A stretch of DNA of 61,536 nt, counting the filler, from Gonapodya sp. JEL0774 (taxonomy: Eukaryota), in NCBI GenBank assembly GCA_027604505.1. It is 13 parts of 13 records of this genome, joined end to end, with 100 filler letters (N's around TTAATTAATTAA, not from the genome) between each part and the next. Parts side by side here need not be neighbours in the genome. Positions count along the whole stretch, not along the records: positions 23,767 to 28,412 come from JADIIX010000892.1; positions 28,513 to 33,156 come from JADIIX010000893.1; positions 33,257 to 37,892 come from JADIIX010000894.1; 10 more parts are not named here. One strand, 5' to 3'. How positions within the stretch are numbered: the first letter of the stretch is position 1; the number at the start of each line of letters is the position of its first letter. The position numbers were made by a program, and so were the translations under genes. Below, piece by piece: positions 26,159 to 36,448 of the stretch. Below the pieces are notes generated by a model. That model ran no database searches. It had not been told where the DNA came from and saw only the letters and a program-made list of their open reading frames with translations.

Positions 26159-27903
26159 TCAGATGCATGTTAACCCCAGTAACTCGCTCACAAACTCTCC
26201 GTACACCTCCACGTTACTTCCTTCCATGATTATACCGTTCCCGGTTTCCACCTCTTTACTGTACACTCCTGCTTTAATGTCTTTCTCGAACCTGGCATGA
26301 GCTTTCTCAATATGTTCCAAAAGTCGCGCATTGGCCTCATCGCACCGTTCGATAAATGGGGAGTGACCACATGCTTCGAAGACAACGTAACTTGCGTGGA
26401 GTTGCTTCGCGAGGTATTCCTATCAGAGAATAGCAGGTGAGATGGCGAACTCCCTCTCCTTGGGCGGGAAACGTTTGTTCGGGAGAAAGATGAAGAGCCA
26501 CTTTCACCTTACTTACGGAATTCTCGGGCTCCATTACATCATCGACTGTCCCTGTTACTACCATAATGTCCTTCACCGTGTCCCGTATCCTCGCCAACCG
26601 TGCGGGACTAAAATGGTGGAAGTTGAATGCCAGGAGCTGAGGTAGGGTGCCTGCTGGGTGGCCCGCAGGGGAACGAGCGCGACGCTGGAAGATGAGCTGT
26701 AAAGCGATTGGTTATATGTGCGACAATAAAATTTCAATATCGACCGGCACTCCACCGCTCACGTCCATCGCCCAATCTCTATTCGTTTTGTAGTCTTTCG
26801 CGTCCTGTTCCATGGCCCTGATGGCATACGAGCATGTGGGTGGTTGTGATAGCCACTCGGCAGTGTACAGGTTGTCGGTAAGTTTGTGGAGTCGCTGACT
26901 ATGGATCACGATAGCGCAAAACGTTTCAGTACCGCATGTGGGATATGGAATACACAGACAGAAGAGGTCTCCTGATGAAATTAGCTCACTCACAGTGGAT
27001 CCGGCTCTGACAAGAATCGGTAAAGTCGTGTCATTTGCTTCCAACTGGGCCAGTTCCCAGCTGTTGTGGTGATGAAGGTGAGCGAGGCGAAGGTACCCGG
27101 AGGGCAGAGGAGGGTGAGCTCTTGAAGGATCTGCACCGATTAAAGATTGTAATGTGGGACGTCAGCCGTAGATGGGGAGGCACGAATAGTTTGTTGCGTT
27201 CTAGGAAAGAACCTCTTGTTAGGACCAACCTGTCCTCCCATACATATCCCAACTCCATGTACGCCCTCCACCCATTTCCGACTCCCATTCCCGCCATCGT
27301 TGAGTGCCAAATACCGCATCAACTCGTGCGCGTCGAGTGCCATCTCGTATGTGGAGTAACCAGTCAAGCCCCCGGGAGGACACGAGGAGAATCCAGCTAG
27401 CTCCACCGGACACAACAGGACATGTTTGGTGAAGATGAGGATATCAGTGCGAAGGTGGAAAACGAATGTTTTAGATGCATCGGTCGTGAGCGCTCACACA
27501 AGCTCTCACCTCCACGATTATCGAACACCAGCGCTTGGTACTCCGGCATCTCCCCAAAAAATTTACTCTGCAAGTCCCATCCTTGACAGGGTACGTTAAA
27601 TCCGGCTTCAATTTCATTGGGTTCAGGGTCAGTGGCATTTTGTAAGGAGGAACCAGGGAGGCCGATATTGCAGGCGGTGAAGGGAAGAAACCAATCTTCT
27701 TCCATACCCCGAACTCACTTCCTATCCGCAATCGCGAACTCACTGATGAACATGATCTTCCTCTCCCCTGTCCCGTGCAACTCGTAATGAATGTCAACCG
27801 GTCCACCTTTCCTGGTCTCCGCGACCCGGACGGTTCCTTTGCGGATGGCACTAGTGATGGTGACGGACGTGGATTTAACCTTGGGGATGGGAGTGGACGG
27901 CAT
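26159..27903 (-). CDS. Alpha/beta hydrolase (Abhydrolase_1-like) with Cys at the nucleophile position, multi-exon
   Basis: IHYELHGTG, LVFDNRG|AGFS, YSTYEMALDA, VHGVGICMGGQ|ILQEL, VVTGTVDD (acid) and FEACGHSPFIE (His). Confidence 0.9.
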
Positions 27904-28512
27904 CAGCGGGGCGGGAGCGCATAGAGCGTCTGGAGGGAATTACGACAGGAGTCGCAGGCCACCTGATGCTCTGACAGTAATAAGGCAGCCACAAAAAGCC
28001 ACTTAAGTACACTAAGCGATGTGGAGTAATCTGTTCGGGCCTTTTCTATTCATAATTTTTTCATATCTTGACTTTTCTCGGACTGGTGTGTCTTCCCCCG
28101 GACTCCAGCCCCTCGACTCTTCGAGCTCACTCCTTTTACCTGATTTGTGTACGTAAACACACCTTACTTAAAAGCAGATTCGGCGGTGCTAAAGTTACGG
28201 AATAGAGACTCTTATCATATACACGCCAAGCCGAACAATGCAATCTCCACAGGACCCCATTCTGGTAACTCTTCCTCACTAGCTCCACGTTGGGTGTAAC
28301 ATGCTCCCGTATTCATATCCGTCTGAAACCTCGCATGTGCTGATTCGATGTGTTGTAGAAGTTTGACGTTGGCCTCGTCGCATCGTTCGAGGGTGGGGAC
28401 GTGGCCGCATCCNNNNNNNNNNNNNNNNNNNNNNNNNNNNNNNNNNNNNNNNNNNNTTAATTAATTAANNNNNNNNNNNNNNNNNNNNNNNNNNNNNNNN
28501 NNNNNNNNNNNN

Positions 28513-31043
28513 TCTATCGTGAATGGACAATTATGCGCGTGCGAGAACTGCTCGCCTCAAAGGACCCTGCAGTCGACGGCCTTATTTTCGTACCTGAAAG
28601 TGCACCATACCCGGATCGTTCGAAATACAGCGGGCTTTTCAAATGGAAGGATTTGCGGGAACAATCCATCGATTTCGTAATTAGGAAATCGAACGGAAGT
28701 TGGACTTTGTTCGTCCAGGAGCGCTCAGGCCTTGTACCATTCGAGCCATTTCCCACCCTGCAGGTAACGAGGGCAGTGTATGAGAGTTATCCCGATGGTT
28801 GCATTGTGGAACTCGCGTGGGATCCTACGGGTCAAACATTCAGACCCCGTAAACAGAGAGTTGACAAACACAGACCGAACTTTCGGACTGTTGCACTTGA
28901 AGTGTGGCACGCAATATTGACTCCGGTGGACATAAACGACCTGTGCGGTGTAGTCAGTGAAGGGAACACATCGCAACCTCAACTTGTGGAACGGAAGATT
29001 GTCTTTGGCACATCACAGTTTGCCTACAACACACGTTTGGCTCGTCCATCAGGACCCTCTACAGCTGTACCACCTTGGAGACCGTCTCGCAAAATGGAGA
29101 ATAACAACAACATGAGCGCTGTTCAATCAACTCCAACCAAGCCGCAAGGAACCAGACCACCTTGGAAAGCCCCATCTGTGACACAGAAGCTTCCAAATGG
29201 ATCAGATGGCGGTTCGTGTGGTTTTCGCACCATGCGGTTATTTCACAACTCGGTGAAGAGAGCATACATCACGAGGGCAGTGAAGGCAGCCTCTGCAAAT
29301 CGAGGGTTTACCAGCACATCGGTGGCCACACATAACCAATTCCTCTCTCTGCTCGACCTGGCCTGCGGTCGGTGTGGAGACCTGCAAAAATGGTTTTCAC
29401 ATAGTGTGCTTGGTGCTGTGGTTGGTGTAGACAACCACGAGCCTTCACTTGTGGAGGCGCAGCGTAGGATAGCACAGCATGTCTCGGACTTGTCTGCGGC
29501 AACATTTCACGGAAAGGCGGTGTGGTCTGGCCCACGGGTGTCACTCTTTCGAGGAGATTTGACCACACAGCATATAAAAGATATTGTCCCCGGTTTCAGA
29601 GACGCACTGTTCGATATTGTGACATGCAATTTCGCTCTGCATTTTTTCGCAAAAACTGAAGCTGAGTTTGACCGTTTTTTAGACGGTGTTGCTCGATCGC
29701 TTCGTGGAGGGGGAGTATTTCTCTGCATGCTATTTGACGGGGCACTCGTATCACGCTCCATACATACCGCCGGAGGTATATCCTACATCCGACGTGCGCC
29801 AGTTCCAGGAAACATGCGCGCAGCTGGGCTAGACCATCGCGATTGCGGTGTTGATTTCGATTCCGAAGCCCTCTATGCACCAGAGAAATCATTTGCCATT
29901 ACGAGAGAGGGTAATAACACGACCGAGCTCGTAAGAGTGTGTGTGACTGGCGATGAGGGAAATATCATGGAGGCTGAAACGCTCGAGGCGTTAGTGTACG
30001 TGGACGATCTCGTTCGTCGAGCGAAGGCGCACGGCTTGGAACTTGAAAACACGGAAGTGTTCGGAGTCATTCATGACACCGGCATCGCCGACTCATTTGA
30101 CCTGGATCCAGTGGAGAGGGACTTTAGTGCTCTCAACCGTGTATACATTTTCCGCCGACAGGCAAGGCAGGAATGGTACCCACTCTGCGCCTCAAGCGGA
30201 CCGCAGACGACGCTGGAGTCACGTATCGTAGAGCTCTGTGGAAGGCCCCACACGAAAATTGTCGCTAGAAAAAATGACGACAGTCCAGAATTTATCTGCC
30301 GAATGTTGGCTGATGTGTGTGGAGTCCCTGATTCGGATCGCGTTTCTCCGGAACTTCCGTGTTCAGGTTCATGGGATGACAAACTTCTGCGAGCCCTCGC
30401 CCAAACAACAGGAATATCTATATACAGATTTGAGGTCGATGGCTCGCGGAGATATTTTCCAGGCCGCCATACTGATTCACTGGTGAACCGATCAGTCATT
30501 GTGGCGGATCCGACTTCTATTATTGGAGTCTATGACGGGAATGATACAAGGAGTTCAAATTGCCCGCCTCTAGTGATTCTTACGGATGTGATTGTGAGCA
30601 CCGATGGACCGCCAGCCCCCTTGTCGGATATTTCGGAAACAAACGAGCCGCCCGGGTTCCGAAACTCCGCGGACGAAAAACTCAACTGGGCAGATGAAGT
30701 TGAAGCGAATGAGGAGCGGGAGAAAGCAGGGACAGAACAGAGTGAGGAGAGTGATCCCAGCGCCCTCGATCTTGCTGATTGCGGGGGGGACGTTGAGGAG
30801 GTGCAAGGCAGCGACCGGGTCGGGGAGGTGGCTGACACGCCGTCAATCAGTCGACCGCCCTTGATCACTCACAATATCGGGGATACCAGCAACAACACCG
30901 ATAATATGTTATGCGATAAAACCGAGGAGGAATGGACTGTTCAAACACTCCGCGCACTCGCCCGCAGCCGAGATATAACAGTTCCAGTAGGCTCAAAACG
31001 GAAGCACGAACTCTTTGTATACCTTAGAAGCAGAATCTCTTAG
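28513..31043 (+). CDS. Viral-type mRNA capping enzyme: guanylyltransferase C-terminal half + OB fold fused to cap guanine-N7 methyltransferase, plus C-terminal extension; 5'-truncated, intronless
   Basis: Guanylyltransferase (GTase) motif IV DGLIF, motif V LFKWK..SIDF, IVE and motif VI RVDKHRPN. Methyltransferase (MTase) MRLFHNSVK, LLDLACGRCGDLQKW, VGVD, FDIVTCNFALHFF, SLRGGGVFL..FDG, EALV and YIFRR. The frame is open upstream of ATG 28533 to the contig edge (YREWTI). Confidence 0.92.
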
Positions 31044-31241
31044 AAATTGTGTTGTTCTGTCTACGCAGATATGAATACTGTGTATACATAGATCTCTCGG
31101 TGTTTTGGAAGGAGGAAACAGTTCTCAGCCACGTGGACCCGCCACCGGTTTAATTATAGTGCGGGGCGAAGTACCCCGCCTGTCCTCGACTTTGCCTATC
31201 TTCACTTCGGGCAAATATTCACGTATTCCAATTCCGGGACA

Positions 31242-31875
31242 ATGGGAACCACAAAGAGAACATCAAAGCAATCGGAGTACCGCAATCGCCGCATCGACAG
31301 GACGATGCATCGTGTTCTGGCCAGCGGAAGTGTCCGTTTGGCGGCTCCCCAACTCCGACTCCGAATGCTCTCCGATAAGCCGGATGCCGTATCGGAGGAT
31401 ACAACATCGGAATCCGATGTTGGACGCCCGAATAGCAGAGAATCACGCGACGTGTTGGATGGTGGGTGTTTGTATCCGAGTGTCGCTGATTCAGACCCAC
31501 CACCTATCTACATATCTCCAGACGATACTCCCGAGAGACGGCCAACAAGGCAATCGGCCTCGATTGAGGGCTCGATTGTGAGCATGCAGACGGACTCTGC
31601 TTGTGAGTTTCGTCTATATCGTGGCTTTAGTTTTTTTTTTTTTACACTGAACATCTTGTCCAGGCGACGTTGACAGCGCCGAAATCGAAACTGACCCCTA
31701 TTGTGGGGGATTTGTTTTTTGTCCTCACAACTATGTTCTGTTGGATGAATGCTTGTTCTATCTTACAAACCCAGACACCTATCCGGATTTCGACGCCCAA
31801 GCGGACATCGAGATGGATAATATTATTAGAAACTCATACCACTCGCCCGCCGGTGAGAACGATATGCGGTACTAG
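31242..31875 (+). CDS. Orphan ~190-aa protein with one spliceosomal intron (31603-31663)
   Basis: ATG 31242. The GTGAGT...poly-T...CTGAAC...CAG intron of 61 nt keeps frame into CDVDSAEIETDPYCGGFVFCPHNYVLLDECLFYL...RY* (TAG 31873-31875). Confidence 0.5.
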
Positions 31876-32185
31876 CCACGAACACTTCCCCTTCTCATTG
31901 CCTGTATGGTCAATTCTCTAGCCGCGACTGCCTCGGTGACTCCACCTACAACCGGTAAGAACTGTGTCGTTCATGTTCATACCTATGAAGTGATGTATTG
32001 ATGTTTTTCTGCTTATCTAGTGACGGTGGAATCCGGAATATTCTGTGATCAAGTCGAAGCCATACTCACGCCCCTGATAGGAAATTCCTCAAATAGTGAT
32101 CCGCCCGAATGGATGATAGCGCAATTATTACGGTTTTCATTGAGAATGTCACGTTGTATATTTTTTTATGTTTTGCTAGAAACAG

Positions 32186-33106
32186 ATGCCAATGAAAAGC
32201 CAGATCGCAAGAAACCTACTTATCAGAATGCGTTCTCTTGGAATGCCTTTCAAAACCATTGCTGGAATACTGGAAGTATGTGTTAGAACTCTATACCGAT
32301 GGATGAAATCACACCTACAAAAAAGACCTCTCAAGAGAGCGCATTTGTGCAAAATAAACAATGCGGAAATTGAACATATGAGTGCGAAAGGACAATCAAA
32401 ACCTTCCTCGACACTGAAAGACTTTCAAGTACTATGTTCTCAAGCACCCAGTCTAACGACCGTTTGGAGGACACTACGCAAGATTGGCCTTTCTTTCAAG
32501 AAAGCTTCCAAATTTTATACCGAAGCGAAAAATTGTCAAATTCAAGCGTTCAAAACAAACCTTCAAAATTACGACCCAGATTCTCTGATATGTTTGGATG
32601 AAGCTAGTTTTGTAATGAATCATTGTAGAAACTATGGTTGGAGTAAGAAAGGCACCCGAGCCATTGTAACGCGACCAGGTTGTAGGGGGAAGAGGTTTTC
32701 TCTGCTACTTGCAATCAGGGAGCAATCTGTTGTGGATTGGGAAGTGCATCCAAACTCTGTGGATTCGAAATCGTTTTCGACTTTTCTCGGAAGGCTGCCG
32801 GAGAACTCTCGCATTATATTGGACAATGCGGCAATTCATAAAGCGACACCCAGTTTGCGGAAATTGAAACTCCCGACTGTACCAGAGATCGCGGAGTCAA
32901 GAAACCAACAGATGCTCTATCTTCCGCCATACACTCCACAAATGAATCCAGTCGAACTATGTTTCAACGCAATTCGAACTTTTGTGAACAATCACTCTCC
33001 AAGATCGGAAGCAGACCTGAGGATTTGCATATCGTCGGCTATCTCGCAAATGAAACCTACGTCAATCTCAAAATGCTTACAGAAGGCACTGAATTGGACT
33101 AACTAA
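32186..33106 (+). mobile_element. IS630/Tc1-mariner superfamily transposase (IS630-like, DD43E), intact 306-aa ORF
   Basis: N-terminal helix-turn-helix (HTH) FKTIAGILEVCVRTLYRW, second HTH PSLTTVWRTLRKIGLSFKK, catalytic CLDEASF, YGWSKKG.RA, IILDNAAIHK and YLPPYTPQMNPVELCF. Terminal inverted repeats not seen. Confidence 0.93.
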
Positions 33107-33117
33107 CGTTGCACGTT

Positions 33118-33156
33118 GACGACGATGATACGACGACGATGACGATGACGACGACG
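33118..33156 (+). repeat. Imperfect (GAC/GAT)n trinucleotide repeat at contig end
   Basis: gacgacgatgatacgacgacgatgacgatgacgacgacg runs into the spacer; likely cause of the assembly break. Confidence 0.8.
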
Positions 33157-33736
33157 NNNNNNNNNNNNNNNNNNNNNNNNNNNNNNNNNNNNNNNNNNNN
33201 TTAATTAATTAANNNNNNNNNNNNNNNNNNNNNNNNNNNNNNNNNNNNNNNNNNNNCCATCAGCGGCGTTTTTCTCAAGAGCCGATGTAATAAATTTGAA
33301 AAACTCTGCGATAGGGAGCATCTCGCCGGCCTCTCTGGGTCTGTGTTTGGAGCGTGGCTTGAGATGGAGGCTGGACTTAGTATCCATCCACCTGCTGTGG
33401 TTCTCCTCCTCCAAAGCACAACTCGATTGGCTCCCAATCACGAAATCTCTTATAGTTCATACATTCGTCGTATGACAATTAAATCGGCATAATAGCTTGT
33501 AGTGGCCCGTGGCCAAATTGCAAGCATTAATGCATCCCAAGAAGATGTATTGCGCTATTCTGCAGTTTGAGAATAGTCTCCCGTTTCAGCTCTGTGAGGA
33601 TTTTCGCAATAGAGCCATCTGACCCTCGAAGGCAATACTCGACAGAGCGGCGGTTTAATTGTACTTTCGGCTCGATTCGCCCTCGGCATGGCAAAAAGGC
33701 ACGCCCCCGCGACAGCAAAACCAATTAAAACATAAA

Positions 33737-33780
33737 ATGAATGAATGGATGGATGAACGAAGGAATGAATGAATGGATGA
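33737..33780 (+). repeat. Imperfect (ATGA/ATGG)n tetranucleotide repeat
   Basis: atgaatgaatggatggatgaacgaaggaatgaatgaatggatga. Confidence 0.75.
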
Positions 33781-34333
33781 AAGAACAACGAAGACGGCCC
33801 ACAAAAAACAATCCCCATCACGACAGGGTGGAAAACAGAACCGAACAACCGAAACAACGAACCTCTCAGCATTCGACCCCTGACCCTTGCGCCTCTATGC
33901 CCCCTGTTCCCTGTCTCGCCACCCTTCGTCATGACGGATGAGGAAAAAAAAAAACAAGAGAGAATCGAGTCGCGTCGTTCACGCATTTCTTGTCGTTTCC
34001 AGCCGCAATCGCAATCATCATCGTCCATGTCGTCGTGGTCAACTTCACCTGCCCCGGAGTGGAATCGCACTCTCGTTGACCGCATCCCTTGCACGTCAGA
34101 GTGACCGCTCCTCTCTCATCAACCAGAGAAATACAAAGTGAATGAAAAACGGCAAAAAGGGAGTTCGAAGGGATACTTCCACTACTTTTTGCCATGTCCT
34201 TGAAGACACTCCAGCAGAACGCATGCTCTGAAAGATGGTTCGTTCGATCGGAGATTTCAAAGGGTTGGACTCTGGGTGGTCGTGCATACCACATTCATTG
34301 TCTCACTCACACCTCCAAACATTCCCATTCACC

Positions 34334-36448
34334 ATGCCCGCCAAACCTCCCCCCCTCGCTCGTGCCAACGCCCATTCAGCTCATCATAAACCTGAGCTCC
34401 ATTTCCGTCAGCCGCCAGCGCTCTCTGCTCAGCCCCGCCTTCCTCTCACCGCCCGCCCACCACCGAAAGCCACTGATGCTCTCAAACCACTCCCAAAACC
34501 ACCCTCCAAGTCCCATGTATCACCATCCCCTCTTTACATACATCGGAGTGAAAAACGCAGTCGGGAACTCTGTTGGTCCATCCAGGCCCGCTGTGACCAA
34601 GCGACTCCCAACCCTCAACAATGTTGCTCCCAAACCACTCGCGAAACCTCACCCAAAACCCACCGATTCGACATCCCCCCTTCACGATGCAATGAAAACC
34701 GCGGTCGGGAAGGTCATTCGTCCATCCGAACCTTCTCTCGCCAAACGACTCTCACCCCCCATCACTGTTGCTCCCGGACGACTCCCAAAACCCCTCGTCT
34801 CCCGCTCGTCTCTTCGTCCTACAATGCAAAACGTTGCCGGGAATCCCATTCTACCATCAGAACCTGCCTTGTCCTCCGATGCTCCCAAAGCACCCTCGCA
34901 ACCCAGTTGCAATTTTCTCACATCGAACTCTCGTCTTTACCCTGAAATTAAAGATGTGACAAGGAGAGCGACTCGTCCATTGGGCCCTGCAATCAATCGT
35001 CCACCGACCGTCCCCACCGCTCAGCCTCCATCCAGACCTCTGTCCCCTCCAGCCTGTAGTCACGCCGGAACCGATCCTCGACGTGTGCCCCCTCTACACT
35101 CACAACAACAGATAAACTCCGCAAAGATGTCGGTTCTGGCGCTTCCACGCCACTCGGATGTGAACGCAGCTCAACTGGACTCTCCGGGTGTCACACCAAC
35201 CTCGTCCCTCCCAACCCTCCGAAGTCGGATACCGCGCCTAGTAAAACCGCATACACTATCTCGGAAGGTGAGTCTCTAAAAGCTTGCTCCTTCCCGCTCC
35301 CGATTGTCACTTGTTTCTTTTGATTTCAGGTCCTGGTACCCTTGTCATCACCCATGGACCTCGACACCCCACCCCTCACCTATCCGACCTCTGTCCCATC
35401 CGCTCCATCTCCCACTAATGGAGTACCACCTCACAAACGCCAGAGACATGATGGTACAGATTCTGAGTGCAGTCCCCTTGTGCCCCACACGAAACCCTCA
35501 GCTCTCGTCCATTCTCTTCTCGGAACACGTACTGTCCCCCCTTACCTCCCACTCGAAGTGTTGCATCGCATTTTCGACTACTTGTACCCGTCATCGGTGT
35601 TTGCTACTCGCAAAGTATGCCGGAATTGACATGTGGCCGCGGACACGAAGTACATGCGAACGGGGATAGATATTAAGCGTCTCCATATCCTCGACGGACA
35701 ACAGTATTGTGTCCAACGGTTCGACGGACTATCCGACAAGCCGGGATACAACTTCCTAACCAAGCACCACATCGTTACAAATCTCGAAACTGGACAGCCT
35801 TGGAGATTTGCAGTTCTTCCCTGGGAAAGGAAGAGCTTCGGCCCTGGCCCTCGGGTACGCCCAGTTTCATTGGGCTTTGAGTCCGTCACAGGGGTTTATA
35901 GGCACGAGAAGAAGCGCTATCATCCTGAACGGGATCCTGCTCAGGATGACCTCGCCTTCCCTCTGCTCAGACGTTCAGACAACGAAGTTATCGAGGAATT
36001 CAGACGCTACGAGGACCAGAGGCTGTACTGTAAAGATGTAACACGAGTCCAGGTCGCGTTTGAAGCAGAGATCGCGGTATACTACAAGGTTCCAGAACCC
36101 GGAGAAGTGGAGGTATGGACAGCCAAAGATATTGAGGAGCTAACGTTTCGTGGCATCGAACGGGTCAGTGGGAGACACATGTTGTGTGGGATTCGACACG
36201 TGATGCTTCACCATGCACCTCCGGAACACATCCCTACTATTGTACTGCATCTAAGGAACATGTGCGACTTCAAATCATTTGGGAAAGTGTGGGCAATTGC
36301 TGCTAACAGGGAAGTTCCAAACAATAGTTGCGATCTTTGGACGCTTGCTTCATCGAGTAGTAGTAGACACAGCTTAGATCGACGAGTCACGAACGAAATG
36401 TGGGACAAAGTTATACCTGAGGAGATCGGAGCTGATGACTGGACCTAG
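34334..36448 (+). pseudogene. F-box protein with Pro-rich repetitive N-terminus, disrupted by a 4-bp frameshift and an in-frame stop
   Basis: ATG 34334 (MPAKPP); frameshift at TACATACA 34535-34542; intron 35268-35329; F-box LPLEVLHRIFDYL..TRKVCRN followed by TGA (35627-35629) where W is expected; the frame continues 271 aa to 36448. Confidence 0.7.

Noticed and set aside
31876..33156. Terminal inverted repeats or a Fanzor/TnpB partner for the IS630-like transposase
   Set aside because: Only a short direct CACGTTG match on both sides. No inverted pair, and no RuvC/zinc-finger ORF within the contig, which ends 50 bp after the stop.
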